Shown: positions 20,396 through 30,993, counted from the stretch's first letter. The stretch is DNA of 64,000 bases from an uncultured Gammaproteobacteria bacterium (GCA_963774865.1 CAVZGU010000013.1:11894-75893), one strand, 5' to 3'. Made by a program: numbers and translations. The notes: a model not told the origin generated them from the sequence alone.

Positions 20396-21011
20396 CGACG
20401 TTGTCCACCACGGTTCTCAAGAGCTGGCGTCTTGATTCGAGCCACTGCGGATTGTCCTGGATGTCCGCCGAATAATAGCCGACGACGCTGAATACGGTCG
20501 TGCTGTCGACCATGGTGTAAAACGCATCGCTGCCGTGCGAGTCGACGCGCATCCACTCTCTCGCCCCGCTTTGCTCCCGAGTCGGCTTCCCGTCCTCGCT
20601 GAGCCGCTGTTGTCCCGACGCGGCGCTCAGTGCGCGATACAAAGCCGCCGCATCCAGAGGTGACGGCGAAAGCGGCGCGGCCAGGCGCACGAATCTCGCC
20701 TTGATATCAAACCCGGGCAATTCGGCGCTCGAGGATCTGCCGAAGTCGTATTGCGCATCCAGCAATAGGCGCTGCGACCATTGATCGTAGGTCGCTTCGG
20801 GCAGGCGGTTGGTCTTGATGATCCGGAAGCCGGGGGGCACCCTGATCGTGACGCTGACGGCGTTCGCCGAAAAGAAATAGGGGCTCCAGTGGGCCACCTC
20901 CGGGTCGATCGTTCGGGGCTTGGGCGCCGGCTTCGCGCCCGGAGAGGTCGAGCATGCGGCCAAGCCGACGAGGAGCAGGGCGGCGGCCGATGTGAGTCGA
21001 GATGTTGTCAT
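20370..21011 (-). CDS. Lipoprotein of unknown function
   Basis: The internal ATG at 21011 gives MTTSRLTSAAALLLVGLAACSTSPG, with the lipobox LAAC. The longer ORF-track N-terminus is not protein-like. Confidence 0.6.
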   Translation of the reverse strand: MTTSRLTSAAALLLVGLAACSTSPGAKPAPKPRTIDPEVAHWSPYFFSANAVSVTIRVPPGFRIIKTNRLPEATYDQWSQRLLLDAQYDFGRSSSAELPGFDIKARFVRLAAPLSPSPLDAAALYRALSAASGQQRLSEDGKPTREQSGAREWMRVDSHGSDAFYTMVDSTTVFSVVGYYSADIQDNPQWLESRRQLLRTVVDNVVIAQTTQP

Positions 21012-21039
21012 GTGGGCGTCGGCATTGTAGTGCGACCGG

Positions 21040-22011
21040 CTACGGCAGCACCACGACATTCCCGATGTACCGGCCGCTTTCGACCGCTTCGTGCGCAAGA
21101 GCGATTTGATCCAAGGAAAAGCGCGCGGCGATCCGATGGATGAGCCGGTCCCGTTCGAGCCATTGAGTGATATCCGCGACCGCACGCGCGCGCACCTCAT
21201 CGCTCAGTTCGTAGACGATGAAGAACGATGCCGTCACCCCATGGACAAGCCAATTGCGCAGCGGCAGCGTGGCGGCCCAATCGCCGGAACCGTAAACGAT
21301 CACGCAACCTTCGTGTTTGAGATAGCCGGTGTAGCCCGCGGCGTTCGCCGCCAAATCGACTTCCAGCACCCGGTCGACCCCCTTTTGGCCCGCGATTTGA
21401 TGAACGCGGTCGGCGATCGAATCCTGCCGATAGTTGATGACGTGAGCAGCACCGGCTTCCAGGGCTTGAGCGGCCTTGACGTCCGATGACACCGTGGCGA
21501 TGACCGTGGCGCCTGCGGCGGCCGCCATCTGGCAGGCGTAATGGCCGACGGCGCCTGCGCCGCCTGCCACGAGCAGGACGATACCGCGGACGTCGCCGGA
21601 GAAGTGCACGGCTCGGTAGGCCGTCAGCGCCGGAATCCCCAGGCACGCGCCCGCCTCGAAGGACGTGTTATCCGGCAATCGAACCGCCTGCCGGGACGGC
21701 ACGGCGACATATTCTGCCGCCGTGCCGTTCGCGCGCCTCCATGCGGCATTCCAGATCCATACGCGCTCGCCGATGCGGCGCGAATCGACATCGCGTCCAA
21801 CCGCCTCGATGACGCCCGCACCGTCGCTGTGTGGGATGATTTGCGGAAACGCCAATGGCCCGGATCTTCGAGTCTTGACATCGGAAGGGTTGACGCCCGA
21901 TGCGTGCACGCGCACGAGCACCTCGTGCGGGAGCGGCACCGGAGTCGGCCTCTGCGCTATCTGGAGGACCCCGCGGGCCGCCCCGGGCGCCGAGTAATAG
22001 GCAACTCGCAT
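21040..22011 (-). CDS. NADPH:quinone oxidoreductase / zinc-independent MDR-family oxidoreductase
   Basis: Intact 323-aa ORF. VRVHASGVNPSDVKTR, and the nucleotide-binding stretch VLLVAGGAGAVGHYACQMAAAAGATVIA. Confidence 0.85.
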   Translation of the reverse strand: MRVAYYSAPGAARGVLQIAQRPTPVPLPHEVLVRVHASGVNPSDVKTRRSGPLAFPQIIPHSDGAGVIEAVGRDVDSRRIGERVWIWNAAWRRANGTAAEYVAVPSRQAVRLPDNTSFEAGACLGIPALTAYRAVHFSGDVRGIVLLVAGGAGAVGHYACQMAAAAGATVIATVSSDVKAAQALEAGAAHVINYRQDSIADRVHQIAGQKGVDRVLEVDLAANAAGYTGYLKHEGCVIVYGSGDWAATLPLRNWLVHGVTASFFIVYELSDEVRARAVADITQWLERDRLIHRIAARFSLDQIALAHEAVESGRYIGNVVVLP

Positions 22012-22035
22012 GTTTGCGCACCCGTTAAGGGCGGC

Positions 22036-23608
22036 TCACACGTTCGAGTCCGGCGACGCGGCCTTGCGCCTCGCCATGTACTCGAGCAGCGCCTCGTCGA
22101 TCGCGGGATCCATCGGCGGCGGCACGTACTCCGCGAGCATCTTCTTCCACAGGGTGTTGGCGCGCTTCGACATGTCGGTCGCGCCCTCGGCCTCCCACTG
22201 CTCGTAGCTGTTGTTGTCGGCGAGCGGCGAGCGGTAGAACGCATTCTCGAAATTGGCCTGAGTGTGGGCGCAGCCCAGAAAGTGCTTGCCGGGCCCCACT
22301 TCGCGCATGGCGTCGAGCGCTTGGCCGTTGGGCGACAGGTCCACGCCGGCGAGCAGCGTGTGCATCATGCCCGCCTGATCGGCGTCCATGACGAATTTTT
22401 CGTAGCCCATGGCGAGGCCGCCCTCGAGCCAGCCGGCGGTGTGCAGCACGAAATTGACGCCGGCAAGGCAGGTGGGCAGCAGCGTATTCGCGGACTCGAA
22501 CGCCGCCTGCGCATCGGGAATCTTCGACGCGCACAGGCTGCCGCCCGAGCGGAACGGTATGCCGAGGCGCCGGGCGAGCGCGGCCATGGAGTAGAGCACC
22601 AGCGCCGGCTCCGGCGTGCCGAACGTCGGCGCGCCCGACTGCATCGAGATCGAGGAGGCGAAGCTGCCGAGCACCACCGGCGCGCCCGGATTGACCAATT
22701 GCACGAACGCCAGCCCCGCCAACGCTTCGGCGAGGGTCTGGGCGACGGTGCCGGCGACGGTGACGGGCGACATCGCGCCGGCGAGGATGAACGGGCGTGA
22801 TGATCAACGCCTGGTTGGCGCGCGCGTACACCTTGGCGGCGCCCAGCATGGTCGCGTCGTAGGTCATCGGGGAGTTGACGTTGATCAGATTGATGATGGT
22901 CGTCTTCGGCCGACCCGTGGCGGGGTCGTCGAGCTCGGACCCGAACACGATGTTCGCCATGGCCACCGAGTCGCTTGCGCGCTCGGGCGCGGTCACCGAG
23001 CCCATGAATGCCTTGTCGCTGAATTTCAGATGGCTGTACACCATGTCGAGGTGGCGCTTGTTGACCGGCAGATCGACGGGTTCGCAGATCGTGCCGCCCG
23101 AATGGTGCAGCGAGTTGGACATGTACGCGAGCTTGACGAAATTGCGGAAGTCCTCGATGCGCGCATAGCGGCGCCCTTCGTCGAGGCTGCGCATGAACGG
23201 CGAGCCGTACGCCGGAGCGAACACCGTGTTCTTGCCGCCGATCACGACGCTGCGGGCGGGATTGCGGGCGTGCTGAACGAACTCGCGCGGCGCCGTGCGC
23301 TGCACCAGCGCGCGGCACATGCCGCGGGGAAAATGCACGCGCTCGCCCTTGACGTCGGCGCCGGCCGCCTTCCAGATCGCAAGCGCCTCGGCATCGTCGC
23401 GAAAATCGATGCCGATCTCCTCGAGAATGGTGTCGGCGTTGTGCTCCATCAGTGCGAGGCCATCCTCGGCGAGCACTTCGTAGTAGGGAATCTTGCGCGT
23501 GATGTAGGGGATCGAGGTCGCGGCACGAGCGGCGCGCGAGGCGCGCTTCGCATCGCGGCCGCTGGGACGCCGTGCGTGAGGAGTTGAAAGCGTTTGCTGC
23601 TCGTCCAT
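22036..23608 (-). pseudogene. MttB-superfamily methyltransferase, copy 2, single frame change at ~22793
   Basis: The N-terminal two-thirds (IPYYEVLAEDGLALMEHNADTILEEIGIDF ... ANQALIITP) and the C-terminal third (MSPVTVAGTVAQTLAEALAGLAFVQLVNPGAPVVLGSF ... GKHFLGCAHTQANFENAFY) are in adjacent frames. The junction is at a G3 run (C3 on the coding strand) at 22793-22795. One base fewer would restore ..ITPFILAGAMSPV.. Confidence 0.85.
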
Positions 23609-23808
23609 GGTCGAACTCCCGATTTGTCCGAGGGTCGTCATTTTTGCGCCTGAGGCGCATTGCTTTGTGGATCAGTCCTGGCAGTATGGTCACTGTCGAT
23701 TCCAGCAGCTGATCAATTTGCGTCATGGACTTGTCATGACGCGCCATTTCAGGGCCGGGCCCAAGGGGCCACCGCCCAGGGGCGCTGCCCCAACGCGGCC
23801 GCCGCCCG

Positions 23809-25309
23809 TCATTCGGCAAAGGACATGAGCGTCGCTTGGCGCAAAGTGCGCGTCGACGAAATCGGCAAGGCCGTTCAAGGTGTCGTCGAGCGTGGGCGTC
23901 TGTCGCGCCGAAGAGCGGCGCGCATCACCGCCGAGCTCCTCGAACAGCCCGTGCGGATAGAGCGCGAGCGTCTGCCCGTGCTGCCAGCCGCAGATTGCTC
24001 GGGCAGCGCGCTGCCGCAGGCGCCGCGCGCGACTCGTGCGGGCGAGGCCGGCCGCGTCTTCCCCATGCCGGATCTCGTAGCCGTCGAAGGCGACGCCGCT
24101 CAGGGGCGCCCAGAAGCCCGTGAGCGGCAGCGAGTGTATGGCTGCGGTGCCGATAGCGCTTGTCGCCGCTGAAACTGCGTCGCGTACGGCAGCAAGACCC
24201 AGGCCGTGCGCCGCGCCCTCGACGCCGTGCGGATCGGTGAGGTCGCCTGCCCAGCATCTGCAGGCCGCCGCAGATCGCCGAGCGTCGGCTTGCCCGCCGC
24301 CGCGTGCGCGCGCGATCGCGGCGTCGAGCCCGGCTCGCGCAGCCAGGCGAGGTCCGCCGCCGACGTGCTTGGAGCCCGGGCAGGATCGATCAGGTCGGCG
24401 CCGTGCAATCTCGCCGGCTCGCGCGCCCAGCGCAGCTGCACGCCGCGGGACCTGCCGCAAGGGGCTGAACTCGTCGAGGTTGCTGATGTGCGGGTAGGCG
24501 ACGATCGCGGCGGTCGAGGCGCGCCGCCGGCGCACCGCGCGCCGGTGCGCCGGGCGTCGAAGACGCCGTCCTCCTCGGGCAGGCCGTGCTCGCGCCACAT
24601 CGGCAGCACGCGCGAGCGTGGGCACGCCGGTGAGCGTCTCGCAGCATCTGCGGGCCCGGGCGCCAGCAGCGCGGCGTCGCCGCGGAACTTGTTGAGCACG
24701 AAGCCGCGCACCAGCGCGCGGTGCTCGGCGGTCAGCAGCACCGATGGTGCCGTAGAGGTGGGCGAACGCGCCGCCGCGGTCGATGTCGGAGACGAGCAGG
24801 CGTCGCTGCGCTCGCGCGCTTCGCGCCACGCGCATGTTGACGATAGTCGGTGGCTGCAGGTTGATCTCGGCCGGCGAGCCCGCGCCCTCGATGACGACCA
24901 CGTCGTGCTCGGCCACGAGCTCGTCGAGCGCAGCGCGCGCACGGCCGGCCACAAGCTGCCGCGCTGCGCTCGCGCCACGGCCATGCGCGACAGGTCGTCG
25001 CGTCGACGCCGCCGAGCACGACCACCTGGCTGCGCGGTGTCGCGCTCGGGCTTGAGCAGCACCGGGTTCATGTCGCACGTCGGGCATCGCGCGCGCGCGG
25101 CGAGCGCCTGGAAGTACTGCGCGCTGCCGATCTCACCGCCCGGCCGCCGACGACGACGCGGCGTTGTTGCTCATGTTCTGCGCCTTGAACGGCGCGACCT
25201 TCAACCGTGGCGCGCATACCAGCGGCCAGCGCGGTGGCGAGCAAGCTCTTGCCGGCGCCGCTGGTCGTGCCGCAACCATGACGCGCGGGCTGGCCTGGAC
25301 GCCGCTCAT
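23809..25309 (-). pseudogene. cobQ: Cobyric acid synthase CobQ, multiply frameshifted
   Basis: ATG at 25309 is 1 nt after the btuD stop. The P-loop GTTSGAGKSLLATALA, then [49 protein letters not shown] and PYxxISNLDEF-type segments ([11 protein letters not shown]) occur in alternating frames. At least 8 frame changes, three of them in the first ~100 nt. The 3' end is approximate. Confidence 0.75.
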
Positions 25310-25310
25310 A

Positions 25311-26126
25311 TCACTCGAGCGACTCGAGCCGCGGCCTCCACAGGTGCACGCCCTCATGCTCGACGATGTTCACGCGCGTGCGGAATGCCTCGGACAGCCA
25401 GTCGCCGTCCAAGGCCTCGCGCACGCTGCCGTGGCCGACCACGCCTCGAGCGCCGAGCACGATCAGGCGATCGGCGGTCAGCGCCAGCGACAAGTCGTGG
25501 ATCGCGCTCACCACGCTGACGCCGCAGCGGTGCGCCTGTTCGCGCAGCAGCCGCGCGACGTCCTCTTGATGCGGCGGGTCCAGGTGGGTGGTGGGCTCAT
25601 CGAGCAGCAGCACCGGCGCCTCCACGGCGAGCACCCGCGCGAGGTGCACTCGCTGCCGTTCGCCGCCGGACAGGGTCGAGAGCCGCCGATGCGCCCAGGA
25701 GAGCGATCCGGTCGCGAGCATGGCGCGGTGCATGGCCGCATCGTCGTCGGCCTTGCGATGCGCGAGCCACCCCGAGTGCGCGAAGCGGCCGAGGGCGATC
25801 ACCTCGGCGGCGGTCAAATCCGCCGCCGCGGCGGTCTGCGCGAGCCACGCGAGGCGGCGCGCGCGCTCGCGCCGCGGCCATGCCGACAAGCGCCGGCCCT
25901 GCAGATGGATCGTGCCTGCGTGCGGCTGGATGAGGCCGGCGAGCGTGCGGAGCAGGGTCGATTTGCCCGAGCCGTTCGGGCCGACCACCGCGGTCCACTG
26001 CCCGGCGGTAATGTCGAGCGAGACGCGCTCGAGCACAATGTGCGTGCCGTAGGCCACGCACAGATCCCGGCAGGACAGGATCGATGCCGCCGGCGCCGGG
26101 GCGGGATTTCTGAGCGCGTCAGCCAT
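25311..26126 (-). CDS. btuD: ABC transporter ATP-binding protein, BtuD/FecE type (cobalamin/siderophore class)
   Basis: Intact 271-aa ORF. Walker A GPNGSGKST, signature LSGGERQR, Walker B LLLDEPTTHLD. It lies in an operon with a FecCD-type permease and a BtuF-like binding protein, downstream of a cobalamin riboswitch. Confidence 0.85.
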   Translation of the reverse strand: MADALRNPAPAPAASILSCRDLCVAYGTHIVLERVSLDITAGQWTAVVGPNGSGKSTLLRTLAGLIQPHAGTIHLQGRRLSAWPRRERARRLAWLAQTAAAADLTAAEVIALGRFAHSGWLAHRKADDDAAMHRAMLATGSLSWAHRRLSTLSGGERQRVHLARVLAVEAPVLLLDEPTTHLDPPHQEDVARLLREQAHRCGVSVVSAIHDLSLALTADRLIVLGARGVVGHGSVREALDGDWLSEAFRTRVNIVEHEGVHLWRPRLESLE

Positions 26127-27192
26127 CGCGGTTCCGCCGCCACAGCAGGAACACCAGGTACGCGCCGCCGACGCAGGCAGTGACGGCGCCGACCGGCAGC
26201 TCCGCCGGCCGAATGATCCAGCGGCTCACCAGATCCGCCGCCTGCAGGAGCGCGCCGCCGCACAGCGGCGCCGCGATCAACAGCTGGCGGTGATTGACGG
26301 TGAGCGTCTCGCGCACCAGGTGCGGCGCGACCAGGCCGACGAATCCCACGATGCCGACCTGTCCCACCGAGGTCGAGGTCGAGAGCGCCACCACGCCGAG
26401 CAGCGTCAAACGCAGCCAGGGCAGCGAAAGCCCCAGCGACTGCGCGGTGTCCTCGCCCAAGGTCAGCGCGTCGAGCCCGCGCGAGAGCAAAATCGCCGGC
26501 ACCAGGCAGATGCAGAACACGACGGCGAGCAGGCTCGTGGAGGTCCAGCTGATGAAGGCAGTGCTGCCCAGGAGAAAGGTCTGCATCTCACGGTAGATCT
26601 CCGGCTTGGCGAGCAGCAGGAGCGACGTGACGGCGCTCAGCAGGAAGGCCGTCACGATGCCCGAGAGCAACAGGCTCGCGGTCTGCAACACGCCGCGCGA
26701 GAGCGTGATCGTGAGCATCGTGGCGGCGCAAGCGCCAAAGCAGGCGGCGGCGGTGATGCCCAGATTGCCGACCCAGGCAAGCCCGCCGACGGCGGCATCC
26801 GCGCCCATCAGGCAGATCGTCACGCCGAGCGCGGCGCCCGAGGCGGTGCCCAGCAGGTAGGGCTCGGCCAGCGGATTGCGGAACACGCCCTGCGCGACGG
26901 CGCCCGCGAGCCCGAGCAGGGCGCCCGCGCACCACGCGCCCACCGTACGCGGCAGACGGATCTGCCAGAGCACCACCGAGGACTGCGCGTCGGGCGTGAG
27001 CAGCCAGTGCAGCGAGGTGTCGATGCTGGTGGTGCCGATGACCAGACCGGCGAAGCTGAGCAGCAGCGTGATCGCGACGAAGCACAGAAGCCACGCCCCG
27101 AAGCGCCGCGCAGCAGCGGCCTCCCAGCGCGCGGTGGCGGACTCTGCCAGCACCGGCCGCAGCGCGTTCACGGCGATACCCGCGCCAGACAA
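26119..27192 (-). CDS. btuC: FecCD-family ABC permease (BtuC-like)
   Basis: Intact 357-aa polytopic ORF with family-typical LLGLAGAVAQGVFRNPLAEPYLLGTASGAALG. It overlaps both neighbouring genes. Confidence 0.85.
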   Translation of the reverse strand: MSGAGIAVNALRPVLAESATARWEAAAARRFGAWLLCFVAITLLLSFAGLVIGTTSIDTSLHWLLTPDAQSSVVLWQIRLPRTVGAWCAGALLGLAGAVAQGVFRNPLAEPYLLGTASGAALGVTICLMGADAAVGGLAWVGNLGITAAACFGACAATMLTITLSRGVLQTASLLLSGIVTAFLLSAVTSLLLLAKPEIYREMQTFLLGSTAFISWTSTSLLAVVFCICLVPAILLSRGLDALTLGEDTAQSLGLSLPWLRLTLLGVVALSTSTSVGQVGIVGFVGLVAPHLVRETLTVNHRQLLIAAPLCGGALLQAADLVSRWIIRPAELPVGAVTACVGGAYLVFLLWRRNRDG

Positions 27193-28046
27193 TCGGCGAT
27201 CGCGCGCATTCCATCAGCGACCCGCGGTCCGGGCCGTACGATGGAATCGCGCACCGCGGGTGCGAACGCGCACACGCGCTGCTCGCGCACGGCGCGGATC
27301 CGGTCCCAGCCGGGGCGCTCGGCGAGATGTGCGGCCTCTGCGGGAGAGACGAAGATGACGTCCGGATCGTGGCGCACGACGTACTCCGGATTGAGCTGCG
27401 GAAACGCACCCATATCCGGCGTCACGATATTGCGCGTACCGAGCCGCGTCAGCAGTTCGCCGATGTACGAGGAGGGGCCGGCGGCATAGGGCGGTCCGTC
27501 CACCTCGAAATACACGCTCGGCCCATCGCCGCGGCGCCGCGCCATAGCCTGCGCGCCGATCTCATGCACTGCCGCGGTGAGGCTCACGTTGAGGCGCTGC
27601 GCGCGCTCGGGAACGCCGAGAATATCGCCGATGGTGCGCACGGTGTGGCCGATGTCCGAAAAGCGGTCGGTGTTGAGCGCGAAGCTCACGAGTTCCAAAG
27701 CGCGCAGCCGGTCGGTGATGCGCTGCGAGCTCGACAGCAGCACCAAGTCCGGCCGCAGGCTCACGATCAATTCGATCTGCGCGTCATCGATGCCGCCCGC
27801 TTTCGGCAGCGATTTCACCTGCGCAGGCCAGTCCGAGTAGCGGTCGGTCGCAACCAGGCGGTCGCAGGCGCCGAGCGCGCATACGGTTTCGGTGAGCGAG
27901 GGCAGCAGGCTCACGATCCGCTGCGGCGGATGCGCGAAGTCGACCGCGCGCTTCAGATCGTCGTGCAGCACCAGACTCAGCGCGGGCGCTGCAGCGCCGA
28001 GCAAGAGCGCGACTCCGGCGGCGGTCTTGCCAATTGTCCGCAGCAT
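27168..28046 (-). CDS. btuF: Periplasmic cobalamin-binding protein (BtuF-like, class III SBP)
   Basis: ATG at 28046 gives the signal peptide MLRTIGKTAAGVALLLGAAAPALS, then PQRIVSLLPSLTETVCALGACDRLVATDRYSDWP. The ORF-track N-terminal extension covers the riboswitch and is rejected. Confidence 0.8.
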   Translation of the reverse strand: MLRTIGKTAAGVALLLGAAAPALSLVLHDDLKRAVDFAHPPQRIVSLLPSLTETVCALGACDRLVATDRYSDWPAQVKSLPKAGGIDDAQIELIVSLRPDLVLLSSSQRITDRLRALELVSFALNTDRFSDIGHTVRTIGDILGVPERAQRLNVSLTAAVHEIGAQAMARRRGDGPSVYFEVDGPPYAAGPSSYIGELLTRLGTRNIVTPDMGAFPQLNPEYVVRHDPDVIFVSPAEAAHLAERPGWDRIRAVREQRVCAFAPAVRDSIVRPGPRVADGMRAIADCLARVSP

Positions 28047-28179
28047 AAACGCCAACCCTCTGCGCACCCGCCGTGCACGCGCCGGAAACGTAGGCAAGGT
28101 CGAGGGGGGAGGCGATGCAGGAGCTGGCGGCGTAGCGCCGGTCATTCCGCACCGTCGTTGCCCGCCGCAACACGTGCCG

Positions 28180-28380
28180 CCGCGCTGCAGGTCGGTATAC
28201 GGGCTCGTGAGTGGGGCTCTCCCGGCCGAGTCGCCTTCCCACGCCGATGCGCAGTGGCACGATGACTCGCCTGATTCACTTACCGTTGCGGGGGCAGCGC
28301 CGGACTTTCCCCTCGGGGCGTCACCGGCTTCCCGTTTCACCCGCCGGCCGCGCGGCCGGCGGACTCCTGAACGCGCAGCC
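28180..28380 (-). promoter_or_regulatory. Cobalamin (B12) riboswitch, leader of the btuF-btuC-btuD-cobQ operon
   Basis: The reverse complement reads GGTGAAACGGGAAGCCGGTGA...AGTCCGGCGCTGCCCCCGCAACGGTAAG...GCCACTG...GGGAAGGCG...GAGCCCGTATACCGACCTGC (B12-box-like). The boundaries are approximate. Confidence 0.75.
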
Positions 28381-28444
28381 AGTCTGCCCGCGATCGCCGT
28401 TACGGTCAACGGCGCCGTCGAAAACGGCGCGGTCGGTTGACCGG

Positions 28445-28660
28445 GTCATGGTTTTGCGGCACCGTAAGAGCACGCGACAAGTTCCCCTCACGGGGATTCA
28501 AAGGGAACTCGGGTTCAAATGCCCGGGCTGCCCCCGCAACTGTAGGCGGCGTGCCCCACATCGAAGGCCACTGGATCTTGAACATCCGGGAAGGCGATGC
28601 GGGGACTCAAAACCGCAAGCCAGGAGACCTGCTCGTCGCGGTCGCCCATCGACCAGCCGG
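28445..28660 (+). promoter_or_regulatory. Cobalamin (B12) riboswitch, leader of btuB
   Basis: TTCAAAGGGAACTCGGGTTCAAATGCCCGGGCTGCCCCCGCAACTGTAGGCG...GCCACTG (28567-28573)...GGGAAGGCG...B12 box AAGCCAGGAGACCTGC (28618-28633). The boundaries are approximate. Confidence 0.8.
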
Positions 28661-28688
28661 GGTGTGCTGAGCGAGCGGAGTTTCCCGA

Positions 28689-30740
28689 GTGGCGACGAGG
28701 GGACCGCGCTTGGATGTTCGACGCGGTCCGTGCAGCGTCGTCATCGGGGGTGCCGTCGTGAATCATCATCGTCTGGGTCGTGCCTGCGCCGTCGCCTGCT
28801 GCGCGCCATTCACCATTCACATCGCCGGTGCGCAGGTGGCGCCGCCCGCAGCGCCGGGCGACGAATCCTTGAACGAGATCGTGGTCGTGGCCAATCGCGC
28901 ACCGGAGCCGCTCTCCCGCATCGGCAACTCGGTCACGGTTCTCGACCAGCGGGCCATCACAGCGAGCCAGCTCACCATCGCCTCCGATCTGCTGCAGACG
29001 ACCCCGGGCCTGACCGTGTCGCGCAACGGCGGCGTCGGTGAGTTCACGTCGGTGTTCATTCGCGGCGCCGAGAGCGACCAGACGATGGTGGTGATCGACG
29101 GCGTGCCGATGAACGATCCCTCCGCACCGGGGGCCGGCTACAACTTCGCGAACCTGTTGACCAGCGACGTCGCGCGCATCGAAATCCTGCGCGGCGCGCA
29201 ATCGACGCTGTACGGCAGCCAGGCGATTGGCGGTGTGATCAACATCGTGACCGCCGAGCCGACGGACCCCTTGGGCGGCGGCGTCACCGCCGAAGGCGGA
29301 TCCCACAACACGGGCTACCTCACGACCAATGCGGGCGGCAAGAGCGAGGACTGGATGTGGCGCATGTCGGGCTTCTGGAACGGCACCAGCGGCATTCCTG
29401 CGTTCGACGAGCAGTACGGCGGAACGCGCTTGTGTGCGAGCCAGATCGGCGGCGGCACCTTGCTGCTGCGCTATGATTTCACGCAGGATCTGCAATTGGA
29501 TCTGCGCGGCTACTACACGCAGGCGCGCACCGACTTCGACGGTTTCGACACGCCGGAGGGCAACTTCGGGGACGACAACGAGTACGCCAAGAACGACCAG
29601 ATATTGGGCTACGCCGGTCTCACGCTGCATTCGCCGGACCATGCGCTCACCAATCGGCTCGCGTTCCAGTACACGTACACGAATACGCGCAATTACGATC
29701 CGAACGCGCCGGCGAACTACGGCAGCCCCAGCACCGAGACCTTCTACGGAATCGGCGGCAATCAGCGCGAAGAGTACCAGGGCACGTGGGAGCCGACGCC
29801 GCAGGTGCAGGCCGTATTCGGCGCGCAGCACGAGCGCTCCACCATCGACACCCTGTCCCCCGAATTCCCGCCCGTGCCGCCGCCGCTCGAGAACGAGGTG
29901 ACCATCGACTCGGGCTACGTGCAGCTGCAGGCGCAGGCCGCCGCCGGGCTCACGCTCACCGCCGGTGAGCGCTATGACCACCACAGCGTGTACGGCGGTC
30001 ATTCGGACAGCCAGCTCGCCGCCGCATGGGTCTTGAACGACGGCCGGACGGTTCTGCGCGCGAGCTTCGGTCAGGGCTTCAAGGCGCCCTCGCTCTACCA
30101 GCTCTACAGCGACTACGGCAATCCGGCGCTGCGGCCCGAGCTCGCGCAAAGCTGGGATGCAGGCATCGAACAGCACGCATGGGATGGGCGCTTGCAGTTG
30201 TCCGCCACGTACTTTCAGTCCAACAGCCGCGATCTCATCGAATTCTTCGACTGCACGACGACGGCCGGACTGTGTGCGACCGACCCGTACGGGTACTACG
30301 CGAACATCGCGCGGGCGCTGGCCCGCGGCATGGAGCTGCAGGGCGCGCTCCAGGCGGGCGATCAGCTGAGTTTTGCGCTCAATTACACCTATACCTACAC
30401 CGCGGATCGGTCGCCGGGCTCGCCGACCTACGATGAGGAACTGTTGCGGCGGCCGGAGGATGCGGCGAATGCGTCGGTGACCTATCGCCGGTCTTCGAAG
30501 TGGAGCGCGAACGCGGCGTTGCGCTACGCGGGACCGAGCTTCGATGACAATTCGAACACGGGTGCCCAGGTCAAGCTCGGCGGCTACGTGCTTTTCGACC
30601 TGCGCACCTCCTATCAGCTGCGCGACAGGATCGAATTGTATGCCCGCGTCGAGAACGCGGCCGGCAGGCATTACGAGACGGCGTATCAGTACGGCACGCT
30701 CGGCCGGGTCGCCTATGCGGGGCTGCGCGCGAGTTTCTGA
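28689..30740 (+). CDS. btuB: TonB-dependent vitamin B12 receptor
   Basis: Intact ORF directly downstream of a cobalamin riboswitch. Plug motifs EIVVVANRAPEPLSRIGNSVTVL, FIRGAESDQTMVVIDGVPMND and IEILRGAQSTLYGSQAIGGVINI. C-terminal ...YAGLRASF. The exact start codon is uncertain. Confidence 0.85.
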   Translation: MATRGPRLDVRRGPCSVVIGGAVVNHHRLGRACAVACCAPFTIHIAGAQVAPPAAPGDESLNEIVVVANRAPEPLSRIGNSVTVLDQRAITASQLTIASDLLQTTPGLTVSRNGGVGEFTSVFIRGAESDQTMVVIDGVPMNDPSAPGAGYNFANLLTSDVARIEILRGAQSTLYGSQAIGGVINIVTAEPTDPLGGGVTAEGGSHNTGYLTTNAGGKSEDWMWRMSGFWNGTSGIPAFDEQYGGTRLCASQIGGGTLLLRYDFTQDLQLDLRGYYTQARTDFDGFDTPEGNFGDDNEYAKNDQILGYAGLTLHSPDHALTNRLAFQYTYTNTRNYDPNAPANYGSPSTETFYGIGGNQREEYQGTWEPTPQVQAVFGAQHERSTIDTLSPEFPPVPPPLENEVTIDSGYVQLQAQAAAGLTLTAGERYDHHSVYGGHSDSQLAAAWVLNDGRTVLRASFGQGFKAPSLYQLYSDYGNPALRPELAQSWDAGIEQHAWDGRLQLSATYFQSNSRDLIEFFDCTTTAGLCATDPYGYYANIARALARGMELQGALQAGDQLSFALNYTYTYTADRSPGSPTYDEELLRRPEDAANASVTYRRSSKWSANAALRYAGPSFDDNSNTGAQVKLGGYVLFDLRTSYQLRDRIELYARVENAAGRHYETAYQYGTLGRVAYAGLRASF

Positions 30741-30993
30741 GGGGAACCGTCACCGCACTTATCGAAGCGGCTCGGCTTCCGTTATTCAGAAGCAAAGAAT
30801 CTTGAAAGACCGCTTTACCGGCGCGGGCCCGCATGGTGGCATCGTCTTCCCCCGGATCAGGAGTGCCCGCCGCGCCTGCGCTGCGGCGCGAATTGACGGA
30901 ACTACTGCCGCTCTGGGGCTCGCGTTGGCGTGCCGCTTGCCGAAACCCTCCGATACGGAGCATCCTGCCGTTTTGATCCAGCGAGGATTTCCA

